DNA from: Dudresnaya verticillata
Taxonomy: Eukaryota
Length of the DNA: 64,000 bases
Direction of reading: 5' to 3'
Assembly (NCBI GenBank): GCA_977862235.1
Contig: OZ374565.1
Location: 2,294,001-2,358,000, forward strand
Numbering within the stretch: position 1 is the first letter of the stretch; every line of letters begins with the position of its first letter. Position numbers and translations under genes: made by a program. The notes under the pieces were generated by a model. The model had not been told where the DNA came from. It was given only the letters and a program-made list of their open reading frames with translations, and ran no database searches. This document shows positions 63,301 to 64,000 of the stretch, piece by piece.

Positions 63301-64000
63301 CTGCCCTCCTGGACCCCGCGCAGCGTGTCGGGTTTGCGCAGTTGGTACCACTTGAGTAGCTGGTACCGGTGCAGGAGGCGGCTCCTGGCTGTCCGGGATT
63401 CGTCGCGGGGCTGGCAGGATATCGTCCGCCGGCTCGCCGTCCTCGGGTTGCGTCTCCGTGACCGCGTCCAGAGCAGGAGTCTGTGATGGCGCGGCTACAG
63501 TTTCTTCACGGCTCGGTGTCGTCAATTGGTTGGACGGGACGTGGGAGAACGCCGGAGTGCGAGTGGCGGGACATGCGCTGCAATTCTTGTACCGCATACT
63601 GTACATGCCTTCACTGTTCATGCGGGAGCTACAGTGGGTAGGCATGTACTTGTTGTGAGTCACACAGTACCATACTCCATAGTCCAGGAGCTGCTGCTTG
63701 AGAGGCTCGATGTCGGTCCTCGTCGGTGGTCCTCGCCTGCCAGGAACATGCATCTTCCGCAGGTGCATGAGTAGCGCCTCTACAGTAGGCAGTGAGGACG
63801 ACTGGCAGCCCAGAGGACAGCTGGTACTGTTTGTCGGGCGGTGTTTTGCCGAAGGCATAAAGCATGGAGAGAGCCATACCTTCGGCATGTCGGGGTGCTG
63901 CTGACCAATCATGGTTACAGCGCTGGGTAAGGTACCTGTAAAGGTCCTCTACAGTAGGTTCCCTCGGGGCACAGACCTCCTAACCGGGACGCAAGCCTGT
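60323..64000 (-). mobile_element. Copy E15: ORF complete, 5' UTR runs off the window end (mosaic)
   Basis: Same 3' junction, intact ORF. Confidence 0.94.
60424..63912 (-). CDS. ZnF-RT-CCHC-RLE protein, 1162 aa
   Basis: Intact ORF, same motifs. Confidence 0.95.
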   Translation of the reverse strand: MIGQQHPDMPKVWLSPCFMPSAKHRPTNSTSCPLGCQSSSLPTVEALLMHLRKMHVPGRRGPPTRTDIEPLKQQLLDYGVWYCVTHNKYMPTHCSSRMNSEGMYSMRYKNCSACPATRTPAFSHVPSNQLTTPSREETVAAPSQTPALDAVTETQPEDGEPADDILPAPRRIPDSQEPPPAPVPATQVVPTAQTRHAARGPGGQLLPAVEDICRSHIPMVTHIPSRVRAEVRDALSKTVWAFTNANNSQEATKELTAFLLFPAAVLSNPPTASARAGASTSASSIGTFRDRIRRWGLKDYDSLWQEALKGSTFREQTAPSAEEQRRINASRALRLAKEGAYSKAAAALDSDGIAPATDSVIQSMTDKHPQSVPQTDADHELDQSEPLPTIPDFVPFTADEVRKAVAKFPRASASGGTGLSPTHLQELLSVPTTHEHTGLLGGLTKMVNVLASGAGPAELSPWIASAPLTALKKRTGGVRPIAVGETIRRLVSSMLMTRVAPKAKAYLEPLQLGVATSGGTEAIVHAVRKLQKSHGHDKSYGLLQVDLKNAFNLVSRKAFMKEVRRHMPELLPWVRYCYDSEGPYLWMGDTLLRSVTGVQQGDPLGPLLFALVLQALIKQLKELTADLRRSGRNQQAEGANNLLLSLFYLDDGVIVAKHAVLRKVLSFFDSEEAKGYGFHLRMDKCTVWWPTAPDPEDCAAYPSDLGQSYGEGTTVLQAPIGTQNYMEESVNGHVESIQPLLDAISGLEDLHVAITLLRNCAGVCRLNYLLRVVPSSATAKGAELFDQKIEACMRKLVGGVLPRDTFRELQLPLRTKEPSFGIGISGAGDMNSSAFLASLSLTRNLLRSILPASVNTALSDDPFAVEAHEDWSAKCHSEDALDLEKIDSDECPRQSDLTRLVLKKVQAELPLGDRRTQAFRASLGAPGAKDWLKCQPAPGMKTYIADRDYRVWLRFYCRIPLLEPDTECPRAGCKKMMDVHGDHLLICPNGMRNSGSPRSWRHDSQVRLLASDLKRATRTPIVEPRPVGAHLDRPDIKALGTEGGTDYLDVTISHPLSSEQRILSCITNPQGTLKNAHADKVRTYRGFIQAAGPGARLVPVPMTTLGGWHPEAHKYMQELADTVASRAMVTRGVSRAALFHRHAARLVQNNVKCLMEGIQQEV

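Overview
Eukaryotic nuclear 5S rDNA array heavily invaded by a site-specific non-LTR retrotransposon. The 5S sequence resembles red-algal 5S from memory, so the host is tentative. About 96% of the window is 16 head-to-tail copies of one ~4.64-kb element on the minus strand. Twelve copies have an intact 1162-aa ORF (N-terminal CCHH zinc finger, reverse transcriptase, CCHC knuckle, restriction-like endonuclease; CRE/SLACS-clade-like) and four are 5'-truncated. Every visible 3' end starts right after the motif AGGTGAG. The only host DNA is two apparently identical ~1.2-kb blocks (2199-3407, 49782-50990) plus a 28-bp fragment at 37223-37250. Each block reads [5S nt 90-120 + T-run terminator]-[1089-bp spacer]-[TATA-like box + 5S nt 1-89]. 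The element therefore inserts antisense into the 5S rRNA gene after nt 89 (loop D GGGA tetraloop, Box C region), with short variable target-site duplications. It stacks at that site: 12 copies (~46 kb) lie between the 5S half ending at 3407 and the half starting at 49782. No intact 5S gene is present. Other notable features are a 14-nt copy of the target site inside the element's 5' UTR, a tail-less 3' end closed by a stem, a TATAAA at the 3' end positioned ~26 nt upstream of the next copy, palindromic and tag-like junction additions, and three recombining subfamilies.
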